14,773 bases of DNA from Candidatus Heimdallarchaeota archaeon (GCA_016839945.1 JAEOTE010000037.1:1-14773); one strand, 5' to 3'; shown: positions 1 through 8,502, counted from the stretch's first letter. Notes: generated by a model not told the origin, from the sequence alone. Numbers and translations: made by a program.

Positions 1-62
1 ATATCAAAAATCCCCTTTAGAGCGAGGACAATTTAGTTTTTATCTTGCGCATGGGTGTTAAA

Positions 63-3000
63 ATGTCTAAGAAAAAGGATAAAACAGATACTAATAGTCG
101 TTGGATTTTAATAAATTCTATGTTTGACGAACTTGGAAAGGTTCGACAGCATCTAGATTCTTTTAATGATTTCATCGGAAAGGGATTACAGTCAGTAATC
201 AAAGAAATCAAAGTAATAGAGCCTGAAGATTCTGAATTTTATGTTAAATTGGAGAGAGTTGAAGTTGAAGAACCAACAGTTCGCGAGGCTGATGGTTCTC
301 AAAGTACAATTTACCCAATGGAAGCAAGAATCCGTAATCTAACTTATGCTTCCAGATTAAATCTATTCATGACACCTATTCGTCGTGACGTAGAAAATAA
401 TGTTGAGATACCTTTGGAAACAATAAGTGTATTCATTGGTTATCTTCCTATTATGCTCCATTCAAAAGGATGTCAACTATACAACAGAAATGCTGAACAA
501 CTGATTAAACTTGGAGAAGATCCAAACGATCCTGGTGGTTATTTTCTTGTAAATGGTAGTGAACGTGTTATTGTTACTCAAGAAGATTTGGCACCAAACA
601 GAATTCTTATTGAAAAACTTAGCAGCAAAGGAAATGTAACAAGCGAAGCTAAAGTTTTTAGTGTTATTCATGGATTTAGAGCGCCAGTAACAGTAGAACA
701 TACAAATGATGGACAACTACGTGTAAGTTTTCCAAGTATGCCAAGAAAGATATCTCTTATTTTGCTCATGCGTGCGTTAGGTATTGATAGAGACGATATG
801 ATAGCTATGGCTATAAGTCCTACACCCAAATTAAGAACAAGAGTGATGTCCATTCTAATGAGAGAATCCTCAGAAATAGATTCTACTGAAGAAGCACTGG
901 ATTACATCGGAAAAAGGGTTGCTGTTGGTCAAACAAAAGAGTACCGAATAAACAGAGCAATGCAAGTTTTAGACAAATACTTGTTACCACATCTTGGGAA
1001 TGATGAAAATTCCCGATTGAAAAAAGCATTTTTCTTAGCTCGAATGGCTCAAAGATTATTGGAGCTAGAAGCAGGAATCAGAAATGAAGATGATAAAGAT
1101 CATTATGCAAATAAACGATTAAAGTTAGCTGGTGATCTCTTATTAATGCTTTACAGAGTTGCTTTCCATGCTTTATGTAGAGATATTAAGTATCAACTAG
1201 AAAGAGTTACAGTTAGAGGACGTAAACCAAATCTCAAGACTGCTGTTCGTGCTGATCTCATTACAGAGAGATTAAGACATGCATTAGCTACTGGAAACTG
1301 GACTGGAGGCAAATCTGGAGTTAGCCAGCTTTTAGATAGAACAAATTATATGTCTGCCTTAAGTCACCTTCGTAGAGTTGTAAGTCCTCTAAGTAGGAGT
1401 CAACCTCATTTTGAAGCAAGAGATTTGCATCCTACACATTTTGGTAAGATTTGTCCTAATGAAACTCCAGAAGGACCTAATTGTGGTTTAGTAAAGAATT
1501 TGGCTCTTCAAGCCTATATTAGTGTAGGGTTGGACAGCAAAGAAGTTGAGAAAAAATTAGTTGATGATTTGAAGCTTAATAAAATCGAACCAAAAGATTT
1601 GTCAGAACCAAGTTCACCTTTAACAAAACTTGTTGCTGATCCAAATTACTACAAAGTTTTTCTTAATGGCAGTTTTCTTGGTGTCGTAGAAAACGGGAAA
1701 GAATTTAATCAAAAACTAATAGAAAAGAGGCGCGTAGGAGATGTTCACCATGAAGTTAATGTTGCATGTCATGAAGATACTAAAGAAGTTATGATAAATT
1801 GTGATGCAGGAAGAGTACGACGTCCCTTGATTATTGTAAAAGAAGGTGTAGTACAACTTTCCAAAGAAATGCATACTTGGATAAAGAATGGCAAGTGGTC
1901 TTGGTCTGATCTTCTAAGAAATCAAGTGATAGAATATGTTGATGCGGAAGAAGAAGAAAATCTCTTCATTGCAATTGATGAAGATAAAGTTGAATCTGAT
2001 TCTACTCATATGGAAATCACACCAAGCACTATTTTAGGAATTTGTGCATCTCTAATTCCGTATCCAGAACATAATCGTTCTGATCGTAATGTTTACGAAG
2101 CAGGAATGGCAAAACAAGCTTTAGGAATATTTGCAGCTAACTTCCGTAATCGAATGGATACAAGAGCACATATTCTTCATTATCCCCAAAAACCTCTAGT
2201 TAAAACTCATGGAATGGATGCAATACAATTTGAGAGTAGACCCGCTGGTCAGAACTTTATTGTTGCTATTTTATCCTATGAGGGGTACAACATGGAGGAT
2301 GCTTTACTAATAAACAAAGCTGCGATTGAGAGAGGTTTGGGTCGTAGCACCTTTTATCGAACATATGATGCAGAGGAAAGAAAGTATCCAAATGGACAAG
2401 AAGATACTTTTGAAATTCCAGACGATACTGTAAGAGGATACAAAGATGAATCCCAATATGTTCATCTTGGAGAAGATGGAATTATTGAACCTGAAATCGC
2501 AGTAGATGGTAGTAGAGGAGAAGTTCTAATAGGACGAACAAGTCCTCCAAGGTTCTTAGAAGAATACACTGAATTTGATGTTCCACCACAAAATAGAAGG
2601 GAAACAAGCAAAGCAATGAGACATGGAGAAAAAGGAATTTCTGATATGGTTGTTCTTACTGATACAAATGAAGGTAATAGATTAGTAAAAGTTAGAGTAA
2701 GATCAGAAAGAGTCCCCGAAATAGGAGACAAATTTGCGTCTAGACATGGACAAAAAGGTGTTATTGGTTTAATAATACCACAAGAAGATATGCCTTTTAC
2801 AGAATCAGGTATTGTTCCAGACATAATAATTAATCCACATGCTGTTCCATCAAGAATGACTATAGGAATGTTAATGGAATTACTAGCTGGTAAAGCTTCA
2901 GCTCAAGGAGGTAAAGCTATTTACGGAACAGCTTTTAGTAAAACAAAATTAACTGATTTACATCTTGCATTAAAAGAAGCAGGTATGCACCCATATGGCA

Positions 3001-3461
3001 GAGAAGTAATGTATGATGGTAAAACAGGTAAAAGACTTGAGGGTAATATCTTTGTAGGAGCACAGTTTTATCAAAAACTACATCATTTAGTACAAGACAA
3101 AATTCATGCACGTGCAAGAGGTCCAATTCAGATGCTAACTAGACAACCAACAGAAGGAAGAGCAAGAGAAGGTGGTTTGAGATTTGGTGAGATGGAAAGA
3201 GACTGTCTTATAGGTCATGGTACATCAATTCTTCTAAAAGAAAGGTTGCTAGATGAATCAGATAAAACAGAAGCGCTTATTTGTTCCGAATGTGGATTCT
3301 TAGCAATGTACGATCGCAATCGTGATCGATATCATTGTCCCGTATGCAAAGAGGAAACTACTGTTGCAAAAGTTATTATAAGTTACGCCTTTAAACTACT
3401 ATTACAAGAACTAATGAGTTTGGGGATTGCTCCTCACATAGAACTGGAAGATATAGCTTAA
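63..3461 (+). CDS. rpoB: DNA-directed RNA polymerase subunit B (Rpo2), unsplit single polypeptide
   Basis: Motifs GGYFLVNGSERV, CPNETPEGPNCGLVKNL, GYNMED, GDKFASRHGQKG, NPHAVPSRMT, GGLRFGEMERDC and a C-terminal CSEC..CPVC zinc site. The ORF is open from 45; ATG at 63 preceded by GGGTG (53-57) is the preferred start. Confidence 0.99.
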   Translation: MSKKKDKTDTNSRWILINSMFDELGKVRQHLDSFNDFIGKGLQSVIKEIKVIEPEDSEFYVKLERVEVEEPTVREADGSQSTIYPMEARIRNLTYASRLNLFMTPIRRDVENNVEIPLETISVFIGYLPIMLHSKGCQLYNRNAEQLIKLGEDPNDPGGYFLVNGSERVIVTQEDLAPNRILIEKLSSKGNVTSEAKVFSVIHGFRAPVTVEHTNDGQLRVSFPSMPRKISLILLMRALGIDRDDMIAMAISPTPKLRTRVMSILMRESSEIDSTEEALDYIGKRVAVGQTKEYRINRAMQVLDKYLLPHLGNDENSRLKKAFFLARMAQRLLELEAGIRNEDDKDHYANKRLKLAGDLLLMLYRVAFHALCRDIKYQLERVTVRGRKPNLKTAVRADLITERLRHALATGNWTGGKSGVSQLLDRTNYMSALSHLRRVVSPLSRSQPHFEARDLHPTHFGKICPNETPEGPNCGLVKNLALQAYISVGLDSKEVEKKLVDDLKLNKIEPKDLSEPSSPLTKLVADPNYYKVFLNGSFLGVVENGKEFNQKLIEKRRVGDVHHEVNVACHEDTKEVMINCDAGRVRRPLIIVKEGVVQLSKEMHTWIKNGKWSWSDLLRNQVIEYVDAEEEENLFIAIDEDKVESDSTHMEITPSTILGICASLIPYPEHNRSDRNVYEAGMAKQALGIFAANFRNRMDTRAHILHYPQKPLVKTHGMDAIQFESRPAGQNFIVAILSYEGYNMEDALLINKAAIERGLGRSTFYRTYDAEERKYPNGQEDTFEIPDDTVRGYKDESQYVHLGEDGIIEPEIAVDGSRGEVLIGRTSPPRFLEEYTEFDVPPQNRRETSKAMRHGEKGISDMVVLTDTNEGNRLVKVRVRSERVPEIGDKFASRHGQKGVIGLIIPQEDMPFTESGIVPDIIINPHAVPSRMTIGMLMELLAGKASAQGGKAIYGTAFSKTKLTDLHLALKEAGMHPYGREVMYDGKTGKRLEGNIFVGAQFYQKLHHLVQDKIHARARGPIQMLTRQPTEGRAREGGLRFGEMERDCLIGHGTSILLKERLLDESDKTEALICSECGFLAMYDRNRDRYHCPVCKEETTVAKVIISYAFKLLLQELMSLGIAPHIELEDIA

Positions 3462-3477
3462 AGAAGACATCTTGATA

Positions 3478-3885
3478 TTAAATTCTTGATTCCAAGATTT
3501 TTTCATACTCAATTTCAGAGAGTTCTCTAGAATCATAGAGTTTTAACCTTTCTCCAATTATTTTAGCTAAAAGATGATAACAAATTGATTTCTCTTCCCT
3601 ACCCAGTACTCTGATTTGAAAATCTGTGCATTCACAGAAAGTTGAGTTGATTATGATATAGTTTTTGCTCTTGCCCTCAACTTCCCAAAAAAACAAATCT
3701 TTGTTTAGAAGTAATTTGTGAAGTCTTTTTTCTTTAAGGATTTTTACCGCTTTTTCTCCCCTTAAGCCAAAATATGCAAGAATTTCATTTTCTGTAATTT
3801 CTGATAATCCTTCTTCCTTTTCAATTAGTTTCATAAGTTTTTCGAGCTTTTGTTCATCTTCTGTAGAGGGATTATTCATTTTCAT
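3478..3885 (-). CDS. SWIM zinc-finger protein (Sws1/ZSWIM7-like)
   Basis: CECTDF...CYH (CxC-x15-CxH) preceded by WEVEG..KNY beta strands and a helical N-terminus (FGLRGEKA). Small single-domain protein. Confidence 0.8.
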   Translation of the reverse strand: MKMNNPSTEDEQKLEKLMKLIEKEEGLSEITENEILAYFGLRGEKAVKILKEKRLHKLLLNKDLFFWEVEGKSKNYIIINSTFCECTDFQIRVLGREEKSICYHLLAKIIGERLKLYDSRELSEIEYEKILESRI

Positions 3886-3947
3886 CTAATCTTTTGTTTA
3901 TATGAAATTGAGAAAAGGCTTCAGAGTATAAATATATTTTCTCTTAC

Positions 3948-4382
3948 TTATTGTTTTATCATTACATCTGCTAAATCAAATTGTCTGAGTACTAGTCTCT
4001 TGATTTTGTTAATGTTCTTTCCATTTCTTCCAATAGCTCTCCCTTTGTCTTTGTTATCTACTTCAATAGTTGCAGTTTTACCATTTTTTCTTTCCAAAAA
4101 GCTAATTTCTTTGATTACAATTGGAAGAAAACAATTTCGAATAAATTTAGCAGGATCTGATGAATGTTCTATTACAGCAGCTTCTTTTGCAATTAGTTCT
4201 TGGAGTTTTTTGATATTTATTCCTCTTTTACCGATAGCAAGGCCTGCTTGTCCCTCAGAGACAACAAAAACTACTTTGTTATCTTCTTCATCTACAATGC
4301 AGTCTTTTATTGTAACATTGACAATTCCTTGAAAAATTGTGATATATTGCATTTCCGTTTGTGATAGTTTAACTGCTGGCAT
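3948..4382 (-). CDS. nusA: Archaeal NusA (two KH domains)
   Basis: GLAIGKRG and GRAIGRNGKN KH loops, 144 aa, next to rpl30e. Confidence 0.97.
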   Translation of the reverse strand: MPAVKLSQTEMQYITIFQGIVNVTIKDCIVDEEDNKVVFVVSEGQAGLAIGKRGINIKKLQELIAKEAAVIEHSSDPAKFIRNCFLPIVIKEISFLERKNGKTATIEVDNKDKGRAIGRNGKNINKIKRLVLRQFDLADVMIKQ

Positions 4383-4544
4383 TTTACATCCATCTTATTA
4401 GCAATTAGCTTATTTAGTTTTGTTATTTATAATATTACTATATCATAGATTTACTGTAAGAAAGTCCTTTTTTTCATTTTACCTTTGTATAAAATAATAT
4501 TTAAACGTATTTGGAGTGTTTCAAGCATGTGATATATCTCCATC

Positions 4545-4847
4545 CTACTTCTTTTTCATAGCTTTTAGTATGTCACTATCTCCCATTTCATGAAGAGTTA
4601 AAACTGCTACAAAATGAGGTCTCCCACAAACCGCTCCTAGATCATATGAAGAACTTGGAAATTCTAATACAGGAATCTCTGATAAATTTGCATAACGATA
4701 AACATCATCTTTTATATTTTGAGGTGTGTTTTTTGCCACTATAACGAGCTTTGCTTGCTTATTAAGCAAGGATTTCATGGCTAATTCAGTTCCATAGGAT
4801 ACTTTTCCAGTATCTACTGCTATTCTTATACTTCTGTTCAAATCCAT
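4545..4847 (-). CDS. rpl30e: 50S ribosomal protein L30e
   Basis: AVDTGKV.YG, KLVIVAKN, DLGAVCGRPH and GDSDIL motifs; GGTGA Shine-Dalgarno 6 nt upstream of the ATG. Confidence 0.98.
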   Translation of the reverse strand: MDLNRSIRIAVDTGKVSYGTELAMKSLLNKQAKLVIVAKNTPQNIKDDVYRYANLSEIPVLEFPSSSYDLGAVCGRPHFVAVLTLHEMGDSDILKAMKKK

Positions 4848-4891
4848 TGGTTGTCACCAATCGCTTACTTGGACTGTTTTCTTACACTAAA

Positions 4892-4907
4892 TTCTTAAAT
4901 TTTTTCA
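4892..4907 (-). promoter_or_regulatory. Putative BRE-TATA promoter of rpl30e
   Basis: Minus strand reads GAAAAAA-TTTAAGAA about 45 nt upstream of the ATG; SD GGTGA at 4854-4858. Confidence 0.45.
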
Positions 4908-4940
4908 CTCAAGAGTTTTCTTTTGTGTTATAAGAATTAA

Positions 4941-5831
4941 TTATATTTCAAAAGCTCCTGTAAATAGTGCATCCCAAGCTTTACTCCAACGATCTGGGTG
5001 TGCCACATCAATCCAAAAAGCAGTTTTAGGGCAAATATACGCTTTTAATTTCTTGTCTTTTATTAGTAAGGGAATAATATCATTCGAAATGGATTTCCCC
5101 TCTGATTCATTCAAGTAATCAAAAATTGCAGGTTCAAAAACATAAATTCCTGTGTCAATATATCCACTTTGTTGGGATTTTGTAGGTGTTTCTTCAAATT
5201 TTACAACTTGATAACCAGTTAAATCATCAACATAAAAGACACCATAATCCGAAAAAACCGCTTTATCACTTTCTTTTCCCATTGATAAATAATAATCATT
5301 TACACTTACACCACAAATAGTTGCAATAGATTCTTTCTTATGGCCCTTATGAAAGTCTATTATGCTTTCCAGTTTTATATCAGTTAAAATGTCTGAATTC
5401 ATGACAATAAATGTTCCAGTAACAAGGTTTCTAGCATTATAGATAGCTCCTGCTGTATCAAGATTTGATGATTCACTTACATAACTAATATCCAATCCGT
5501 TCCAATTTTGACCAAAGTGTTTCATTACTCTATTTCCTAGCTTTCCAATCAGTAGAACAACATCAGTAATTCCACTTTTTGCAATTAACTCCAAATTATA
5601 TTCAAGCAATGGTTTATAGCCTACTGGAATCATTGCTTTGGGGATAGATTCGGTTAAAGGTTTTAATCTTGCTCCCTCTCCTCCAGCAAGAATAAGGGCT
5701 TTTATTTTTCGAAGCTCAAATTCTTTCTCAATGATTTTAATTAGAAAATCCTTTATAGATCCAGATCCTTTTTTCTCTCTTAGTGCATCCCAAATTCTTT
5801 CAGGAAATTCCACTGTAAATTTATGTACCAT
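4941..5831 (-). CDS. Sugar-phosphate nucleotidyltransferase-family protein with N-terminal ribbon-helix-helix-like extension
   Basis: ILAGGEGARLKPLT...PK signature, NSD, YGV and WID motifs. The ~40-aa N-terminus KFTVEFPERIWDAL...SIKDFLIKIIE fits an RHH pattern. Start is ATG 5831 or GTG 5840. Confidence 0.85.
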   Translation of the reverse strand: MVHKFTVEFPERIWDALREKKGSGSIKDFLIKIIEKEFELRKIKALILAGGEGARLKPLTESIPKAMIPVGYKPLLEYNLELIAKSGITDVVLLIGKLGNRVMKHFGQNWNGLDISYVSESSNLDTAGAIYNARNLVTGTFIVMNSDILTDIKLESIIDFHKGHKKESIATICGVSVNDYYLSMGKESDKAVFSDYGVFYVDDLTGYQVVKFEETPTKSQQSGYIDTGIYVFEPAIFDYLNESEGKSISNDIIPLLIKDKKLKAYICPKTAFWIDVAHPDRWSKAWDALFTGAFEI

Positions 5832-5843
5832 AATTATCACACT

Positions 5844-5880
5844 TAATTATACGTATTTTATCAACATAATTATATGTATT
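5844..5880. repeat. 14-bp direct repeat TAATTATA(C/T)GTATT x2, candidate operator
   Basis: 5844-5857 taattatacgtatt and 5867-5880 taattatatgtatt are 13/14 identical with a 23-bp period. The first copy contains the palindrome ATACGTAT. Confidence 0.5.
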
Positions 5881-6011
5881 ATATTCTAGATTGGTTCTTT
5901 TATTTGTTTTTGTTTCTGTAGTAACGTTATAAAGAATCAATTCAATGAAACCAATAACCTTTTTAAAATTCTGCAATAATGGGTTGTTAGTTTCGCGAAT
6001 TATAGGTGAAA

Positions 6012-7118
6012 ATGCTGTCTAATAGAATATCTACAACAAAACATGCAATGGAAAGACAAAAAAGAAAACAGGAAATAGCTGAAAAATACAATTTTTCACT
6101 TGACCAAATTCTTGATTTAAGTACAGGTGACAATCTTTTCATTCCTCCTTCTATGATTCAAAAAACTCTAATAAAAGAAATCCAAGCAATTGATTTGCGT
6201 GAAAGTTACCCTATAGATTATTATTCGATTATTGAGGAAATTTCCCGATTTGTGGGAGTTCAGACCTCACATATTTATCCAGGTTTAACCCATGGTCAGC
6301 TTATTCAACGATTAGTCTCAGTTATCACTAAAGTTGAAGATACAGTTTTATTACTTAATCCAGATAAGGGGATATATTACCAAATAGCAACTAATAATAA
6401 ATTGAACATTCAGACTGTAGATTTAACAGATAATTTTGAACTGGATTTTGAAGCGCTATTACTGAAAATTAAAGAAATTAAACCAAAAGCAATCATTTTT
6501 TCTTCTCCGCATTATCCAACAGCTAATCAATTTCAAGAAAATGAGATCTTAACTCTTGCTAAAGAAATAGAAACACAAATCATCATAGATGAATCATATG
6601 TTGAATTTGGAAAATACACACTTTCTAATCAAGTTCAATTCTTCGATAATTTATCAGTAGTTAGATCTTTTTCCAAAGCATGGGGATTAGGAGCAATTTC
6701 GTGCGGATATGTTGTATCCAACCCAGAGCTAATTAATAATTTGAAAGAAAATTTTCTAATTGAAGAGATTCCTCCAATTCATCTCTTAGCTACAAATTAT
6801 GTCTTGAGAACGCCCTACAAATTCTTTGAACTAATTAATAGTTTCATTACCGAAAGAAAAAGAGTAATTGAGCACTTGAGAATGTTGAAAGGGTTGAAGA
6901 TATATAGAAGTGATACAAATTTTCTTTTTATTAAATTCAAACAAGATGTAAAAGAATTATATAATCAGCTGTGTAGTAAAGGGATAATTATACAAACTTT
7001 TGAGAAATATAGGCAATTTAAAGACAGAGAAAAATATTTCTTAGTTACTTTGGGGGATGTAAGTATAAATGATCGCTTTATTCTAGCTATCATCGAGCTT
7101 CTGGAATCTATTTTGTAG
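6012..7118 (+). CDS. HisC/CobD-like class I/II PLP-dependent protein with degenerate active-site motifs
   Basis: DESYVEF and RSFSKAWGL (Schiff-base Lys), YP and TNF motifs and overall HisC length. AGGTGA precedes ATG 6012 (ORF open from GTG 6006). Confidence 0.85.
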   Translation: MLSNRISTTKHAMERQKRKQEIAEKYNFSLDQILDLSTGDNLFIPPSMIQKTLIKEIQAIDLRESYPIDYYSIIEEISRFVGVQTSHIYPGLTHGQLIQRLVSVITKVEDTVLLLNPDKGIYYQIATNNKLNIQTVDLTDNFELDFEALLLKIKEIKPKAIIFSSPHYPTANQFQENEILTLAKEIETQIIIDESYVEFGKYTLSNQVQFFDNLSVVRSFSKAWGLGAISCGYVVSNPELINNLKENFLIEEIPPIHLLATNYVLRTPYKFFELINSFITERKRVIEHLRMLKGLKIYRSDTNFLFIKFKQDVKELYNQLCSKGIIIQTFEKYRQFKDREKYFLVTLGDVSINDRFILAIIELLESIL

Positions 7119-7136
7119 AAATTCTTTCTTGATTTA

Positions 7137-7655
7137 TTATCTGAACTTTACATAATAACGTTTTAGAGGACTTCCACATTCTGTACAGTTAGTTCTTTTT
7201 GCTTCAAATTTTGTGTTGCATACATTACATTTCCAGAAGTATTGACGTTTGCTTTTTATTTTGAAAAACTGGGATTTAACTGGAATTTGCAGAAAAGCAC
7301 ATAAATTTTGAATTGCATTATCATCACTTAAAATAACAGAATTAGGATAGTCTAAGGCTAATGCTATGACCTGTATATCTGTTATTGATAAAGAATCTAA
7401 ATCCCCTGATTCGGATGCTTTAATTCTTATTTCAGAAAGAGCATCATTAGAGGGTGTATCGAAAATAGTCTTTTCGCTTCCTTCTATCAATTGAAAAATG
7501 GTTTGAGCTTTATGAGATTTTATTTCTTCTTTGAGTCCTTCTGGTAAAAGTAAAAACTCATTTATTGCCAAATTTTCTTCAATAGAAGAAAAATGTATAA
7601 TTGCTGTTGTGTCAACAATCAAATACATCTTATCATTCTGATTATTTATCTTCAT
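7137..7655 (-). CDS. nob1: Nob1 rRNA maturation endonuclease (PIN domain plus zinc ribbon)
   Basis: VDTTA, EEIK, LSITD..VIALAL and SDDNAIQN PIN motifs plus WKCNVC...CTECGS zinc ribbon. Start uncertain (7655 or 7628). Confidence 0.9.
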   Translation of the reverse strand: MKINNQNDKMYLIVDTTAIIHFSSIEENLAINEFLLLPEGLKEEIKSHKAQTIFQLIEGSEKTIFDTPSNDALSEIRIKASESGDLDSLSITDIQVIALALDYPNSVILSDDNAIQNLCAFLQIPVKSQFFKIKSKRQYFWKCNVCNTKFEAKRTNCTECGSPLKRYYVKFR

Positions 7656-8502
7656 TAAGATCATCAAAATTAAATTTGAGTAACTTTTCTCTTACACGTT
7701 CTATGTAATTATCTGAAAATCTTATGAAATTAATTTTATCTTTTGATTCAGATACAGAAATGGATTCTTTGTATCCTAAGCTATAATAGGATTTACCATC
7801 AATAACAACTTTTCCAGCTCTATATTTGCTTAGATTTTTGATTTTTATTTCTTTATCTGAAGGTATGACTATTGGTACTATTTTCTTAGAAAAAGGGCAT
7901 ACTGGCACAAGTATGACTGCATTAATATTGGGCATGAGTAAGGAACCTCCTGCTGATAAAGAATGTGCACTTGAACCTGTACAACTCGCTACAAGTAATC
8001 CGTCACCGTACAAGGTGTAGAAATATTGACCATCAACATATACTTTTAGCAATAGATTTTGCCCTACATTATCTGAAGCTACAAGTACATCGTTAACAGC
8101 TGAAAAGTTTGGATAATTTTCAGAGTATATTGATATTGTATTATGTTCTTCAATGAAATATTCTTGTTTTTCAATTTTATTTATGGCTTCTTCAAATTCT
8201 TCAGGAACTATTTCAGATAGAAAACCAACTCTTCCACAGTTAATGCCTAAAATTGGAGTATTTTTCCAGCTCGCGAAAGTTTTCAGAATTGTTCCATCTC
8301 CCCCAAAAACCATAATAAGATCTATTTTATCATCTTTACAAGCTTTGTATTCATCATCGATTTTCTTAGCTAAGAAGCTATCAAGAAGCACTTTATATCC
8401 TTTCTTTTTCAATTTACTAAAAGCATCTATTGCAAATTTCTTTGAATCAGCCTTTTTTGAACTTGTAATTAATATACATGATTCTTTGGATATCAAATGC
8501 AT
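7642..8502 (-). CDS. nadK: NAD(+) kinase
   Basis: GGDGT, GINCGRVGFL, ND and GDGLLVASCTGSSAHSLSAGG motifs. Confidence 0.95.
   Translation of the reverse strand: MHLISKESCILITSSKKADSKKFAIDAFSKLKKKGYKVLLDSFLAKKIDDEYKACKDDKIDLIMVFGGDGTILKTFASWKNTPILGINCGRVGFLSEIVPEEFEEAINKIEKQEYFIEEHNTISIYSENYPNFSAVNDVLVASDNVGQNLLLKVYVDGQYFYTLYGDGLLVASCTGSSAHSLSAGGSLLMPNINAVILVPVCPFSKKIVPIVIPSDKEIKIKNLSKYRAGKVVIDGKSYYSLGYKESISVSESKDKINFIRFSDNYIERVREKLLKFNFDDLNEDK

Noticed and set aside
2-61. Open frame YQKSPLERGQFSFYLAHGC* ending just before the rpoB ATG, considered as the RpoH C-terminus
   Set aside because: Only a vague KSP..G resemblance and no YYR motif; too short to call from this window.
17-3126. Minus-strand ORFs 17-211, 477-716, 668-853, 2462-2824 and 2935-3126
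   Set aside because: Antisense shadows of rpoB with no recognisable motifs.
3850-4332. 160-aa hydrophobic + strand ORF
   Set aside because: Antisense to nusA; the hydrophobicity follows from the complement of A-rich codons.
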